DNA from: an uncultured Saprospiraceae bacterium
GTDB lineage: Bacteria; Bacteroidota; Bacteroidia; Chitinophagales; Saprospiraceae
Direction of reading: 5' to 3'
Assembly: GCA_964508975.1 (NCBI GenBank)
Contig: CAZDVQ010000024.1
Location: forward strand, 1 to 58,605
Length of the DNA: 58,605 nt
The notes under the pieces were generated by a model. It worked only from the letters and a program-made list of their open reading frames with translations, made no database searches and was not told the origin of the DNA. Positions within the stretch are counted from its first letter, which is position 1. Every line of letters starts with the position of its first letter. Of this stretch, positions 48,920 to 57,552 are shown piece after piece. The translations under genes and the position numbers were made by a program.

Positions 48920-50350
48920 CTAGTCCTCGCGACTACCGTCAGCAGCCATACGCACCATTTTTGGTTGGAACATGGCCACCACGTCAACCAGCTCGGTTTG
49001 CGCTTGCATCACCTCGTGGATGTTTTTGTAGGCCATCGGTGCCTCGTCGAGACCACCGCCAATCAAGGTTACGCCGTGTAGTTTCAACTCGTCGCGCAGG
49101 GCTTGCTTGGTCCCAGCCTTGATGGCCTTGGTTCGGCTCATCTGTCGACCAGCGCCGTGCGAGGCTGATTGCAACGCGCTTTCAACTCCTTTTCCGCGCA
49201 CCAAGAAGCCTGGTGCCGTCATGCTACCTGGGATAATACCCATCACGCCTTTGGCGGCAGGGGTTGCTCCTTTACGGTGTACAATCACTTCCTCGCCGTT
49301 CCAGATCTCTTTCCAGGCGAAGTTATGGTGGTTTTCTACCTTGGCCAACACGTGGCCACCGATGGCTGCCGTCAGTTTTCGGTGGATGACCTCGTGGCAG
49401 GCCGAGGCGTAATCGCCAGCCAGGTTCATGGCCAACCAGTACTCCATACCTTCTTGGCTATCCAGCGACAAGTACGCTAGGTTTTGGGCTTCTTGCGGCA
49501 ATTTACACAGGCTCTTGGCCAACTTGGTGTAATGCCCGGCAATGGTTGCCCCGAAACCGCGTGAACCAGAGTGGGTCAACAAAGCCACGTATCGGCCTTT
49601 TGGTATACCCAGGACCTCGTCGGCCTGGGCAAACTCAATGATGCCCCACTCCACGAAATGGTTTCCACCACCCGAGCTCCCCAGTTGGGAATAAGCCTTA
49701 TCACGCAGGTTTTTCACGAAAGGGTTGATGTTGAACAAGTCGTTTTCCAGCACGGCATGGTCGCTCTTGTACTGTGGTTTAAAGCCATGTCCAGCGCCAA
49801 ACAAGCTATGGGCAATCAACTCGCGTTTGTACTTGGCCTCGTTTTCCAAGAAATGGCTTTCCGGGATATCGTAGATACTCAAGGCCATTCGGCAACCGAT
49901 GTCCACGCCCACGCCGTAAGGTATAATCGCATTCCGGGTAGCCAACACCCCGCCGATAGGCAGGCCGTAGCCCTGGTGGGCATCTGGCATCAAGGCCCCG
50001 GCCACGGTAACGGGTAGTTTCATGGCGGTTTTCATCTGTAGGTGGGCGCCTTCCTCGATATGTTCGGTCCCGAACACGGCGTACTCGGCAGGGTTTTCCA
50101 ACAGCTCGATACAGGCATCGGCTTCGGCTTGCTCGGCGATATCCAATAGGCAGCGGGCTACTTGGTTAAAGTATTCCATATCCAAGAAATCGGCTGGGTT
50201 TTCCAGCACTTGTTGCAGGGTTTGCAGCAAGATCTCGGCTGGCATATGCGGCAAGTGTTGCTCGGCGATTTGCAAGGCAATACCGATGGCCTTGTTCTCG
50301 GCATAGCCGAGGGCGAGGAGATGTTCTCCGCCTATAATATTATTTTTCAT
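48920..50350 (-). CDS. rtcB: RNA-splicing ligase RtcB
   Basis: 476 aa with metal/GTP-binding motifs DAHQGYG, GVDIGCRM, HSGSRGFG and NHHNFAW, and the catalytic His in SHGAGR. Confidence 0.9.
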   Translation of the reverse strand: MKNNIIGGEHLLALGYAENKAIGIALQIAEQHLPHMPAEILLQTLQQVLENPADFLDMEYFNQVARCLLDIAEQAEADACIELLENPAEYAVFGTEHIEEGAHLQMKTAMKLPVTVAGALMPDAHQGYGLPIGGVLATRNAIIPYGVGVDIGCRMALSIYDIPESHFLENEAKYKRELIAHSLFGAGHGFKPQYKSDHAVLENDLFNINPFVKNLRDKAYSQLGSSGGGNHFVEWGIIEFAQADEVLGIPKGRYVALLTHSGSRGFGATIAGHYTKLAKSLCKLPQEAQNLAYLSLDSQEGMEYWLAMNLAGDYASACHEVIHRKLTAAIGGHVLAKVENHHNFAWKEIWNGEEVIVHRKGATPAAKGVMGIIPGSMTAPGFLVRGKGVESALQSASHGAGRQMSRTKAIKAGTKQALRDELKLHGVTLIGGGLDEAPMAYKNIHEVMQAQTELVDVVAMFQPKMVRMAADGSRED

Positions 50351-51035
50351 AGTATGGATTTAACTCCACAAAAGTCAATTTTACTAATAATTTTAAAAAT
50401 TCAAAGGACTTTTGCGTAAATTCATTCACAAAGCCTTGTGATGTTATTTGATAAGACCTATGAACACCAGGTTTTCCATCTAATAAGCAATGATAGTTTG
50501 AATTCAAAAGAATTCCATCCAGTTTTTGTAGGAATGATTCGAAGTTGTCCTGTTTTGCGCTGAAATAAAAACTACCCATGGGATAATGGGCAAATTGGTT
50601 TCTCAGTATTCTAAATAGGTATATTTGAGTTCGTAATGACTGAAATTCCTGGGATAAATTTACATCTTTAAGCAGATTATTCATGGCATCTTCTGGGCTT
50701 GAATAAGTTACAATTTCTGTGGGCTCTAAATTTTTGCACCTCCATTGGTAATGAAAAAGTATGTTGTTTATAGAATTATCTAATAGAATAGTCAATTCAA
50801 TCAATGCGTTTTTAAACATTATAGAGTGAGTTATGCTTTCTACCCCTGCTTTCTTTTCCAATGAATTATTTATAATGCATTCGCTAGCAAAAGAATAAAT
50901 ATTAATCACATTGTTCACACCCGCAGCATATTCTTGAGGGAGTCCATGCACTAAATTATCCCAAAAATTCTTGCCAAGCTTGTCATTTGTGGTTATTGAT
51001 GAAAATAATATTGAATGCCTTTTCCTTTTATTCAT
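50340..51035 (-). CDS. hypothetical protein with an RNxxAH HEPN-like motif (possible Abi/HEPN RNase)
   Basis: 231 aa, low GC, overlaps the rtcB start by 11 nt. Motif LFRILRNQFAHY fits R-x4-H, as in Abi_2/DUF4145-type HEPN domains. Confidence 0.5.
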   Translation of the reverse strand: MNKRKRHSILFSSITTNDKLGKNFWDNLVHGLPQEYAAGVNNVINIYSFASECIINNSLEKKAGVESITHSIMFKNALIELTILLDNSINNILFHYQWRCKNLEPTEIVTYSSPEDAMNNLLKDVNLSQEFQSLRTQIYLFRILRNQFAHYPMGSFYFSAKQDNFESFLQKLDGILLNSNYHCLLDGKPGVHRSYQITSQGFVNEFTQKSFEFLKLLVKLTFVELNPYYEK

Positions 51036-51083
51036 GATGGAGTAATATTAATTATTCGGAATACTAAAATATGTTTCAAAAAA

Positions 51084-51944
51084 CTATTCACGGTCTTTCA
51101 TCCAAACCCAGGAAGTGTAATCGTTCGAGCTCGCACGCGGGGAAATTTCATCTAATTCATAGGTGCCATCTTCTTGCAAAACATTAATCAATAGAGGCCC
51201 ATCTATTGCCTTACGCAAGTAAATATTACCATAAAATTCAAAATACTGCAATAGGTAATCATGGACAAGCAGCGTTTTATGAATTATTTCAGCCCATTGC
51301 TTAAACGAAAGGCTGTAAACGGAATCGAGATTTTCCTTAGCATTTCCATATCCAATATTATTACCCATGAAAAAGTATTGAGAGTGTGCAATCGAGTTTC
51401 GAATTTGCGTATTGTAGATATCTTTAACTAGCTTTGAAAATTTCGGACAAGAAACCTCTGTAGGCTTAATAATTTTTTCTAAGATGAAAGAGCTTCTCCT
51501 ATAAAGTTCCCTTGAGAGATCGTTCCATCTATAATTTTTATGATTAGCTAAATTGATAAGTTGATGAATTTTTTTTAAGGTCATTTCGGATTCCCAAAAT
51601 TTCAGGTAAATTTGTTTTTCAATGTTGATGGAATAGAGTTCTGTATTTTTCAGTTTTGTATCTAATTGGGCCTGCACTTCAAACTCTTCCATCGTTCCAG
51701 GAAGTTTGTAAGCCTCTCGGTGGAGTATTAAAAATTGATTTACGGTGGACTCGCAGTGCCCTATTATATCAGGTCCCAAGCAACGCTTAGTCTCTCCGTT
51801 TGCATCTTTTTGAAAACATGCATGGGCAATAACTAGCAGTAAATCCTGCTCATGCTTTTGGTTCTGAAAAGCATTTTTAAATAGTTCTTCAACAGCTTGA
51901 CCTACTTCGTCTCTGTATTCCTTAACAATTTCATCAAAAATCAT
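51084..51944 (-). CDS. hypothetical protein with an RNxxAH HEPN-like motif (paralog-like to the 50340-51035 gene)
   Basis: 286 aa, low GC. Motif NTQIRNSIAHSQY has the same RN..AH pattern as its neighbour. Confidence 0.5.
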   Translation of the reverse strand: MIFDEIVKEYRDEVGQAVEELFKNAFQNQKHEQDLLLVIAHACFQKDANGETKRCLGPDIIGHCESTVNQFLILHREAYKLPGTMEEFEVQAQLDTKLKNTELYSINIEKQIYLKFWESEMTLKKIHQLINLANHKNYRWNDLSRELYRRSSFILEKIIKPTEVSCPKFSKLVKDIYNTQIRNSIAHSQYFFMGNNIGYGNAKENLDSVYSLSFKQWAEIIHKTLLVHDYLLQYFEFYGNIYLRKAIDGPLLINVLQEDGTYELDEISPRASSNDYTSWVWMKDRE

Positions 51945-52023
51945 GATTTGAGATTTAGAAGATTATTAGATTTTTTAGTTTTAAACTGGAATTTACATCA
52001 AGATTTAGCCATGATGATAGTGC

Positions 52024-52944
52024 TTAGCTTTTTTTATGAGGTGTAGATATTTTAACAGTTGTTTTTATTTGAACAATTCCTTTGTTAATAGAATTGCTTT
52101 TCTCTATTACGTCCTTGCCAAAAATGGGTACTTCAACAGGTAAATTTGCTTTCACATCTTTTTCAAATTTCAAAGATAGTCTCCGGAAATTGATTAAACT
52201 ATATATCAACTCCGAGCAAAACAACGTCATTTTATAATCCCTTTCATGGTTTTGAATTTTTGTCACAACACTCAGTTCATCTTTTTTAGATCCTTTTGTG
52301 TAGAAAGACATTGAGTCTTCTAGGTTAACATTCATAAGTGGTTTAACGGTCTTAGGATCGACAAATGTAACTTTAGAAAACATCGGTACAATTCTAAGTC
52401 CATGTTTATAAGAATTGTACTCTGTTCGATCTGAAAAGTCTTTGGCGAGAATAGTAATACCATATTTTATGGCGCCAATGCTTTCCAAAATATCTTTAAT
52501 AAATTCTTTATTATTAAATATGCCCATATAGAACAAATAATGTCCAACGGTAACGTGATGTCCTTGAAAGTTTATTTTTTTATCTAGAAAATTTAGAATT
52601 TCAGGATTTTCCGCTATCCGATTTATGAAGGCGTAATTCTTCTGCCAATTAGAATTTGTAATATTGAAAAGAATATTTTTATCATCAAAACTTTCCTTTC
52701 CATCAGGATTGAGCGCAAACAGTAGCTCAAAAAAACTTTCAATAGCATGAAAGTAATTTTGGCGAAGTTCGCTTTTGAGGGTTCTACGAATAGAATCTCT
52801 ATCTTCATCAGAAGTATCCTCTCCAAAGAACTCTTTTAGATAGTTTTCCTCTAGTCCAGCTATCATTTTGTTTAAATAAGTAGCTTTGTACTTGTGGTAC
52901 TTAGAAATGTAAGATTGGTAAAATAATTCTGGCTCAAAATACAT
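52024..52944 (-). CDS. hypothetical protein (low-GC island gene)
   Basis: 306 aa with ATG start, coding-like periodicity, no TM segments. Contains ELRQNYFHAIE (R-x4-H), but this could be coincidental. Confidence 0.45.
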   Translation of the reverse strand: MYFEPELFYQSYISKYHKYKATYLNKMIAGLEENYLKEFFGEDTSDEDRDSIRRTLKSELRQNYFHAIESFFELLFALNPDGKESFDDKNILFNITNSNWQKNYAFINRIAENPEILNFLDKKINFQGHHVTVGHYLFYMGIFNNKEFIKDILESIGAIKYGITILAKDFSDRTEYNSYKHGLRIVPMFSKVTFVDPKTVKPLMNVNLEDSMSFYTKGSKKDELSVVTKIQNHERDYKMTLFCSELIYSLINFRRLSLKFEKDVKANLPVEVPIFGKDVIEKSNSINKGIVQIKTTVKISTPHKKS

Positions 52945-52984
52945 GATTCGTTATTTTTCAATGTAATAGAAAGTAAGTTAAACG

Positions 52985-53045
52985 AGGAATGTAGGGGCAG
53001 GGCTCGCCCCTGCCCAACAACATCGCGGTTTTTGGGGCTTAGGAA
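52985..53045. repeat. short GC-rich hairpin repeat related to the internal hairpin of the REP family
   Basis: gtaggggcagggctcgcccctgccc, compare gggcaggggcaagccctgcccc at 13540-13562. Confidence 0.5.
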
Positions 53046-53114
53046 TCAGGTTTCAGCTGCTAGGCATCAGTATAATAACTAACCCCTAATAACTAAAACC
53101 TAATCCCTCACACC

Positions 53115-54266
53115 TCATTTCACAAAAATTTGTTTTAGTTGTTCAATCAGTTGGCCGTTACCCGACAGGTTGATGTTGTTGATTTTTTCCGCGATTTTTT
53201 CCACGTACTCCATTTCTTTCAACTTGTACAGGGTCGCGTTTTCTTCCATCAATTTGGCGGTGTTCAACAAGCTACGCATCGAGGCCGTTTCTTCGCGGCG
53301 CATGATGATGTTGGCTTGGGCGCGTTTTTCGGCAACCAGTACTTGGTTCATGATGTCGCGCATCTCGCCGTTCAAGATAATATCTTTCACACCGGCGTTG
53401 AACAGGGTCAAGCCCAGGTTTTCCACTTGTGCCGACACGGTTTCCAACACCTTGGCCGTGATGCTTTCCTTGTTGTCCATCAGTTCGTCCAGGCTCATTT
53501 GGCCTACGTATTCACGCAAGGCCAGCTGCAACAGGGCGTACAGTTGTTTCTCAAAGTCCTTGTTCTCTTCCAGCGCTTTCACGATGTCGATCACTTGGTA
53601 TTGCACCACGAAGTTGATGCGGATTTGCGCTTTGTCGCGGGTCAATATTTCCTGGCCGTTCACCTCCATGTTCTGGCGGCGCATATCGGTTTTGGCTACA
53701 TGAACCGTGATAGCATTTTTGTAAAAGTAGTAGGTACCGGCGTCCAAGATACGGTCTTGTTTACCGTCCAGGTACAGGATCGCTTTTTCAAAAATCTCGA
53801 CCTTTACCGAGCGCAGGTAGCCGTTCAAGAAACCTTTTTCAATCAGGTTACGGTCAATTTCGGTACCTACTTCCAGTTGGTTCAGGTTGGCGCGTTGTAT
53901 CGTGAAGGTGTAAATACCTTTTACATAAGCGTGGCGGCCCACACCCAGTACCGATTCAAACTTACCGTCTTTGTACAAAATGGCAAACTCGTTATCCTGC
54001 ACGTCAAAAACATCTAGCTCGGCTCTGATGTCGACGTATTTCAGCAATAAATCTAAGTTGTAGCGGCTTGTAAAAGCTTTGCCGCGTTCAATTAGTTCCA
54101 AATCGTCAAAGAAATTGATCATGGTTCGACCTGTTTTCAGCACCTTCACGAACTCGTTCGAGCGGAAAACCAGGGCTAATTTGTTCGAATTTACAGTAAT
54201 GATACTCATGATAAAAGGTATAAAAAGATGATAATAAACGGTTAAAATAGGCGAGTGCTGGTTCAT
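53115..54266 (-). CDS. SPFH/band-7 (stomatin/flotillin-like) domain protein
   Basis: N-terminal hydrophobic anchor. SPFH core (DKAQIRINFVVQYQVIDIVKA...LGLTLFNAGVKDIIL) followed by a coiled-coil tail. Confidence 0.8.
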   Translation of the reverse strand: MNQHSPILTVYYHLFIPFIMSIITVNSNKLALVFRSNEFVKVLKTGRTMINFFDDLELIERGKAFTSRYNLDLLLKYVDIRAELDVFDVQDNEFAILYKDGKFESVLGVGRHAYVKGIYTFTIQRANLNQLEVGTEIDRNLIEKGFLNGYLRSVKVEIFEKAILYLDGKQDRILDAGTYYFYKNAITVHVAKTDMRRQNMEVNGQEILTRDKAQIRINFVVQYQVIDIVKALEENKDFEKQLYALLQLALREYVGQMSLDELMDNKESITAKVLETVSAQVENLGLTLFNAGVKDIILNGEMRDIMNQVLVAEKRAQANIIMRREETASMRSLLNTAKLMEENATLYKLKEMEYVEKIAEKINNINLSGNGQLIEQLKQIFVK

Positions 54267-54357
54267 TCAGGGTTCGGTGCGGAGGGCCTTGTGCCAGCGG
54301 GTTAGTTGGCGCTTTGCCAGCAGTTGGGCTAGTGGTACTTGCTTGACTTTTTTTGGA

Positions 54358-54480
54358 GGATGATTTGGGCACCCCGCCGCTACGCGGCGGCGGTCCCCTA
54401 CGTGCTCGCTATTCGCTCGGCCCCTGGCGGGGCTGGCCGCTACGCGGCCACACTCCGGGCACCTGGCGCAGCATCATCTT
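54358..54480. repeat. GC-rich REP/MITE-like repeat, most canonical copy
   Basis: tttgggcaccccgccgctacgcggcggcggtcccctacgtgctcgctattcgctcggcccctggcggggctggccgctacgcggccacactccgggcacctggcgc. Reverse complement of 55236-55352 at better than 85% identity. Confidence 0.85.
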
Positions 54481-54785
54481 ACTGTTAAGTCAAGGTTTGT
54501 AGCAACAAGCTTAGCTGAAAGCGTGGCGCGAGCCAGTGCCCGCGGCGATTCAAAGCGCTACAAGCGCTGAATCCCTTGTTGTGTTAAGTTCCCGAGCAAA
54601 ATTACTTTACGTTAAAAACTTGCATATTTCCAGTCATACTTCGTTGTAAAAAGTGCGTCGTAGGAACCACTACGCCTTATTTTTACGCCTCGTCTGCCAG
54701 AAAATCTGCGGCGTTTTTATTTGTAAGCAATTTCGCCCGAGAACTTACAACCGAATGCCTTTGCACTCGCCTTGCTGAACATTTG

Positions 54786-54946
54786 AAAAGTGTTCGACTT
54801 TTAAAGGATGGATTAAAATTCCATTGCATGACCACTATGCTACCCCACGATGCCGTGGGGGCAGGATTCGAACCTGCGTGAATGAAGTGTTGCTCTACCA
54901 GCTGAGCTATTGTTCTTGCGAACAAATGGGACTCGAACCCACGACC
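54786..54946 (-). pseudogene. cluster of tRNA-like modules in non-canonical (permuted/degenerate) order; no intact tRNA could be folded
   Basis: Read 5' to 3' on the minus strand, the modules run as follows. T-arm GTGGG-TTCGAGT-CCCAT. Closed hairpin TTGTTC-GCAA-GAACAA. TA plus D-arm GCTC-AGCTGGTA-GAGC. A 13-nt unpaired segment. T-arm GCAGG-TTCGAAT-CCTGC. Closed acceptor-like hairpin CCCCACG-GCAT-CGTGGGG. TA plus D-arm GCAT-AGTGGTC-ATGC. Anticodon arm ATGGA-ATTTTAA-TCCAT (UUU, Lys). Degenerate T-like arm AAAAG-TCGAACA-CTTTT. Acceptor strands pair only with the neighbouring unit. ORF-track entries 54683-54949 (-) and 54824-55099 (+) are translations of these modules (AQLVEQ, GFESH, GSNPA). Confidence 0.45.
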
Positions 54947-55235
54947 CACACGCTGTTGAATTTTTTGCGGCTACTAAACATACCGTGCAAGAGGCTTGTC
55001 GGCATTGTGGTGCTATACAGAAACACCGACGCTGAGTGGCTCATTCTTTCAACATTGCAAAGATGTAGGCAATACTGCGCAGTATATTTGCGCAGTTAAA
55101 TTTATTTTTGAAAAAGTTGAAAATTTATGCCCATTTAATTTTTAATATATTGATATTCAATATTTTAAAATTAAAATTATTTTTCAAAAATTTAACCACT
55201 AAAATCACATTTACACAAGTGCGCAGATAGATTGC

Positions 55236-55352
55236 GTTGTTGTCCGCGCCAGGTGCCCGGCGTGTGGCCGCGTAGCGGCCAGCCCCGCAAGGGGCCGAGC
55301 GTCTAGCGAGCACAGAGGGGACCGACGGCGCGCTAGCGCCGGGGCGCCCAAA
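55236..55352. repeat. GC-rich REP/MITE-like repeat, GCGCCAGG-first orientation
   Basis: gcgccaggtgcccggcgtgtggccgcgtagcggccagccccgcaaggggccgagcgtctagcgagcacagaggggaccgacggcgcgctagcgccggggcgcccaaacc. Confidence 0.85.
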
Positions 55353-55480
55353 CCAATCACACAACTTAATTCGTTGATTAGGTAAAAATAACTTAACTAA
55401 TTTTTACATCTTTGTGCTACGGCGTACCATGCCTACTATCAAACGCTTCAAAGATTGCTTCAAAAACAAAACTTATACAC

Positions 55481-56191
55481 ATGAAAACGCTGCTTTTAAC
55501 CTTGTTCATACTGTTTAGCACTGCGCAATTGAGCCTGCAGGCCCAAAAGTTTTTGCGTCCATTTGAAACTTTTTCACATAGTTTACCCGCTTACATCACG
55601 CTTGAGGACGGTGTAGAGTTTGAGTGTACCATCAAGAAAATAGAGCGTAAAAAAGGCCTTATCGAGACGATTTACGTATCCACTGCCACAGAGAAAAAAC
55701 GCGAAATTGCCATAGAGACTATCAAGCATGCTTACCTTCCACAGAGTGGTTGGGACAAGATGATCGATTTCAATGATGTAATATACAGTGCCAACCGATG
55801 GGAAGATGGCTTATACGATAAGGAACGTATCAAGGCAGGTTATGCCTATTTTGAAAAAGCTACTGTAATTGTAAAGGATAAAGAAAGTACTATGCTTATG
55901 CAGTTGCTTAACCCACATGGTTCGGCCCGCATCAAAGTATACCACGACCCATTTGCTACAGAAACCATGGGTGTTGGGGTTGCGGGTATTCAATTGACCG
56001 GTGGCGACGATAGGTCATACTACATCAGCAAAGACGGTGCAACGGCCTATAAATACACCAAGAAAGAATTTAGGACCGATTTCAAAGGCCTGTTTGGCGA
56101 TTGCCAATCGGTGCTTGATACCTATGGCAAATCGGCTTGGTCAGAGTTTGAAAAAATCATGTTTAACTACAATTATACTTGCAGTAAGTAA
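55481..56191 (+). CDS. hypothetical secreted protein
   Basis: ATG at 55481 opens a signal peptide (MKTLLLTLFILFSTAQLSLQAQ); the ORF track starts upstream at 55412. No recognisable domain. Confidence 0.5.
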   Translation: MKTLLLTLFILFSTAQLSLQAQKFLRPFETFSHSLPAYITLEDGVEFECTIKKIERKKGLIETIYVSTATEKKREIAIETIKHAYLPQSGWDKMIDFNDVIYSANRWEDGLYDKERIKAGYAYFEKATVIVKDKESTMLMQLLNPHGSARIKVYHDPFATETMGVGVAGIQLTGGDDRSYYISKDGATAYKYTKKEFRTDFKGLFGDCQSVLDTYGKSAWSEFEKIMFNYNYTCSK

Positions 56192-56398
56192 GCTTTGTGG
56201 GTGTGCCTTTCCGGGTACTTTGCGTTTGCCCTGCCCTTGCGCTAGGCATGCATAGGGCAGCGCCGTAGGCGCTGGTACGAACCACGAAGTGCTCCGCAAA
56301 GGAGCGAAGCGACTGCGCGAACAAAGCACGGAGCGAATAGCGAACCCCGGAGCACGCCGACGGCGCGCAGCGCCAGGGCGCCCAAATTATAAGAACAA
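56192..56398. repeat. GC-rich REP/MITE-like repeat (extended copy)
   Basis: gcgtttgccctgcccttgcgctaggcatgcatagggcagcgccgtaggcgctgg...cggagcgaatagcgaaccccggagcacgccgacggcgcgcagcgccagggcgcccaaatt. Confidence 0.8.
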
Positions 56399-56514
56399 TG
56401 AATTGGGGGAGAATTAATTCTTTATAAATTCTTTATACCAGGCGGTTTACCTTTGTAAAAAATAAAGCATTGAATATACTTGCCACCCGGACATTGAGTT
56501 TAAAGCACCAGTAC

Positions 56515-57552
56515 ATGATCAGCATGTTGTTGGTGCTGTTGAGTGCCTTGGTTTGTTTTTTCGTATCGGGTTTGATTGGGTACCGCGGCGTGGCCTTGGC
56601 CTTGCTATTGATGGTGTCGGTATCGGCCATGTTGTTCGATATATTCCCGGTGTTGCTCACGGCGGTGCTGAGTGCCTTGATTTGGAATTTCTTTTTCATT
56701 CCGCCCGTCATGACCTGGCATATAGAGCGTGCCGAAGACGCCTTGATGTTTTTAATGTACTTTGTGATAGCCTTGATTAATGCCGCATTAACCTACAATA
56801 TCAGGGATGTGGAGCGCAAAGAAGGCATCAGGGCTGAGAAAGAGCAGAGTTTAAGGCTTTACAACACCGTGCTCAATTCGTTATCGCACGAGTTACGGAC
56901 GCCCATTGCCACCATCATCGGGGCAATAGATACGATTAAAGGCCAGCAAAACCAGCTATCAAAGGCACACCAAGAAACCTTGTACAACGAAATAGAAATA
57001 GCCAGTTTAAGGCTAAACAGGCAGGTTGAAAACCTGCTGAGCATGAGTCGGCTAGAAGCTGGCGTGTTGCAAGCCAAACCCGATTGGTGCGATGTAAACG
57101 AGACTATTTACGGTGTGCTGGAAGATTTAAGCGATCAATCTGCGCAACATATCGTCCTTTTTGACCCCAAGGAACAATTCCCCTTGTGTAAACTTGACCG
57201 GGGTTTGCTGGTACAAGTGCTGCGCAACATATTACTGAATGCCTTGCAGCATACGCCGGCAGGTACCCAGGTTCAAATAGCAGCCATAGCCCAAGCGGGC
57301 GCCTGTACAATAGTGATCAGCGATAATGGCCCTGGCTTTGAGCAGGCAGAGATAAGCCAGGTGTTTGATAAATTTTACCGGGCAAAATCCTCGGCACCGG
57401 GAGGTACAGGCCTTGGCTTATCCATTGTAAAAGGTTTTGTGGAGGCGATGAAGGGTCAGGTATACCTTGAAAACAATCGCGGCGGTGGGGCCGTGTTTAC
57501 CGTTGTCATACCATCGGAGATATCATCTATAAGCGATATAAACCATGAATAG
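56515..57552 (+). CDS. sensor histidine kinase (KdpD C-terminal-like: DUF4118 membrane domain, HisKA and HATPase)
   Basis: Four TM helices. H-box LSHELRTPIATI, N-box LRNILLNALQHT, G1 DNGPGF and G2 GGTGLGLSIV. The ORF track starts at 56470; the ATG at 56515 (MISMLLVLL) is equally plausible. Confidence 0.8.
   Translation: MISMLLVLLSALVCFFVSGLIGYRGVALALLLMVSVSAMLFDIFPVLLTAVLSALIWNFFFIPPVMTWHIERAEDALMFLMYFVIALINAALTYNIRDVERKEGIRAEKEQSLRLYNTVLNSLSHELRTPIATIIGAIDTIKGQQNQLSKAHQETLYNEIEIASLRLNRQVENLLSMSRLEAGVLQAKPDWCDVNETIYGVLEDLSDQSAQHIVLFDPKEQFPLCKLDRGLLVQVLRNILLNALQHTPAGTQVQIAAIAQAGACTIVISDNGPGFEQAEISQVFDKFYRAKSSAPGGTGLGLSIVKGFVEAMKGQVYLENNRGGGAVFTVVIPSEISSISDINHE

Noticed and set aside
53139-54017. 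292-aa plus-strand ORF and overlapping 177-aa ORF
   Set aside because: Antisense to the SPFH gene. His/Val/Gln-rich low-complexity translation typical of reverse-strand artefacts.
54480-54960. Possible tmRNA (ssrA) gene, standard or two-piece, suggested by T-arm-like and GGGG-acceptor-like motifs and a long ORF-free hairpin-rich region
   Set aside because: No tag reading frame ending in ALAA/AMAA-stop was found in any frame. No 5' GGGGCUGAUUC... / 3' ...CCACCA pairing could be built. The T-arm/acceptor order is wrong for a one-piece tmRNA. Kept only as a check to run with Infernal.
54683-55099. ORF-track proteins 54683-54949 (-) and 54824-55099 (+)
   Set aside because: They are direct translations of tRNA-like D- and T-arm sequence (AQLVEQ from GCTCAGCTGGTAGAGCAA, GFESH and GSNPA from GGTTCGA(G/A)TCC). 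This is a classic spurious-ORF signature.
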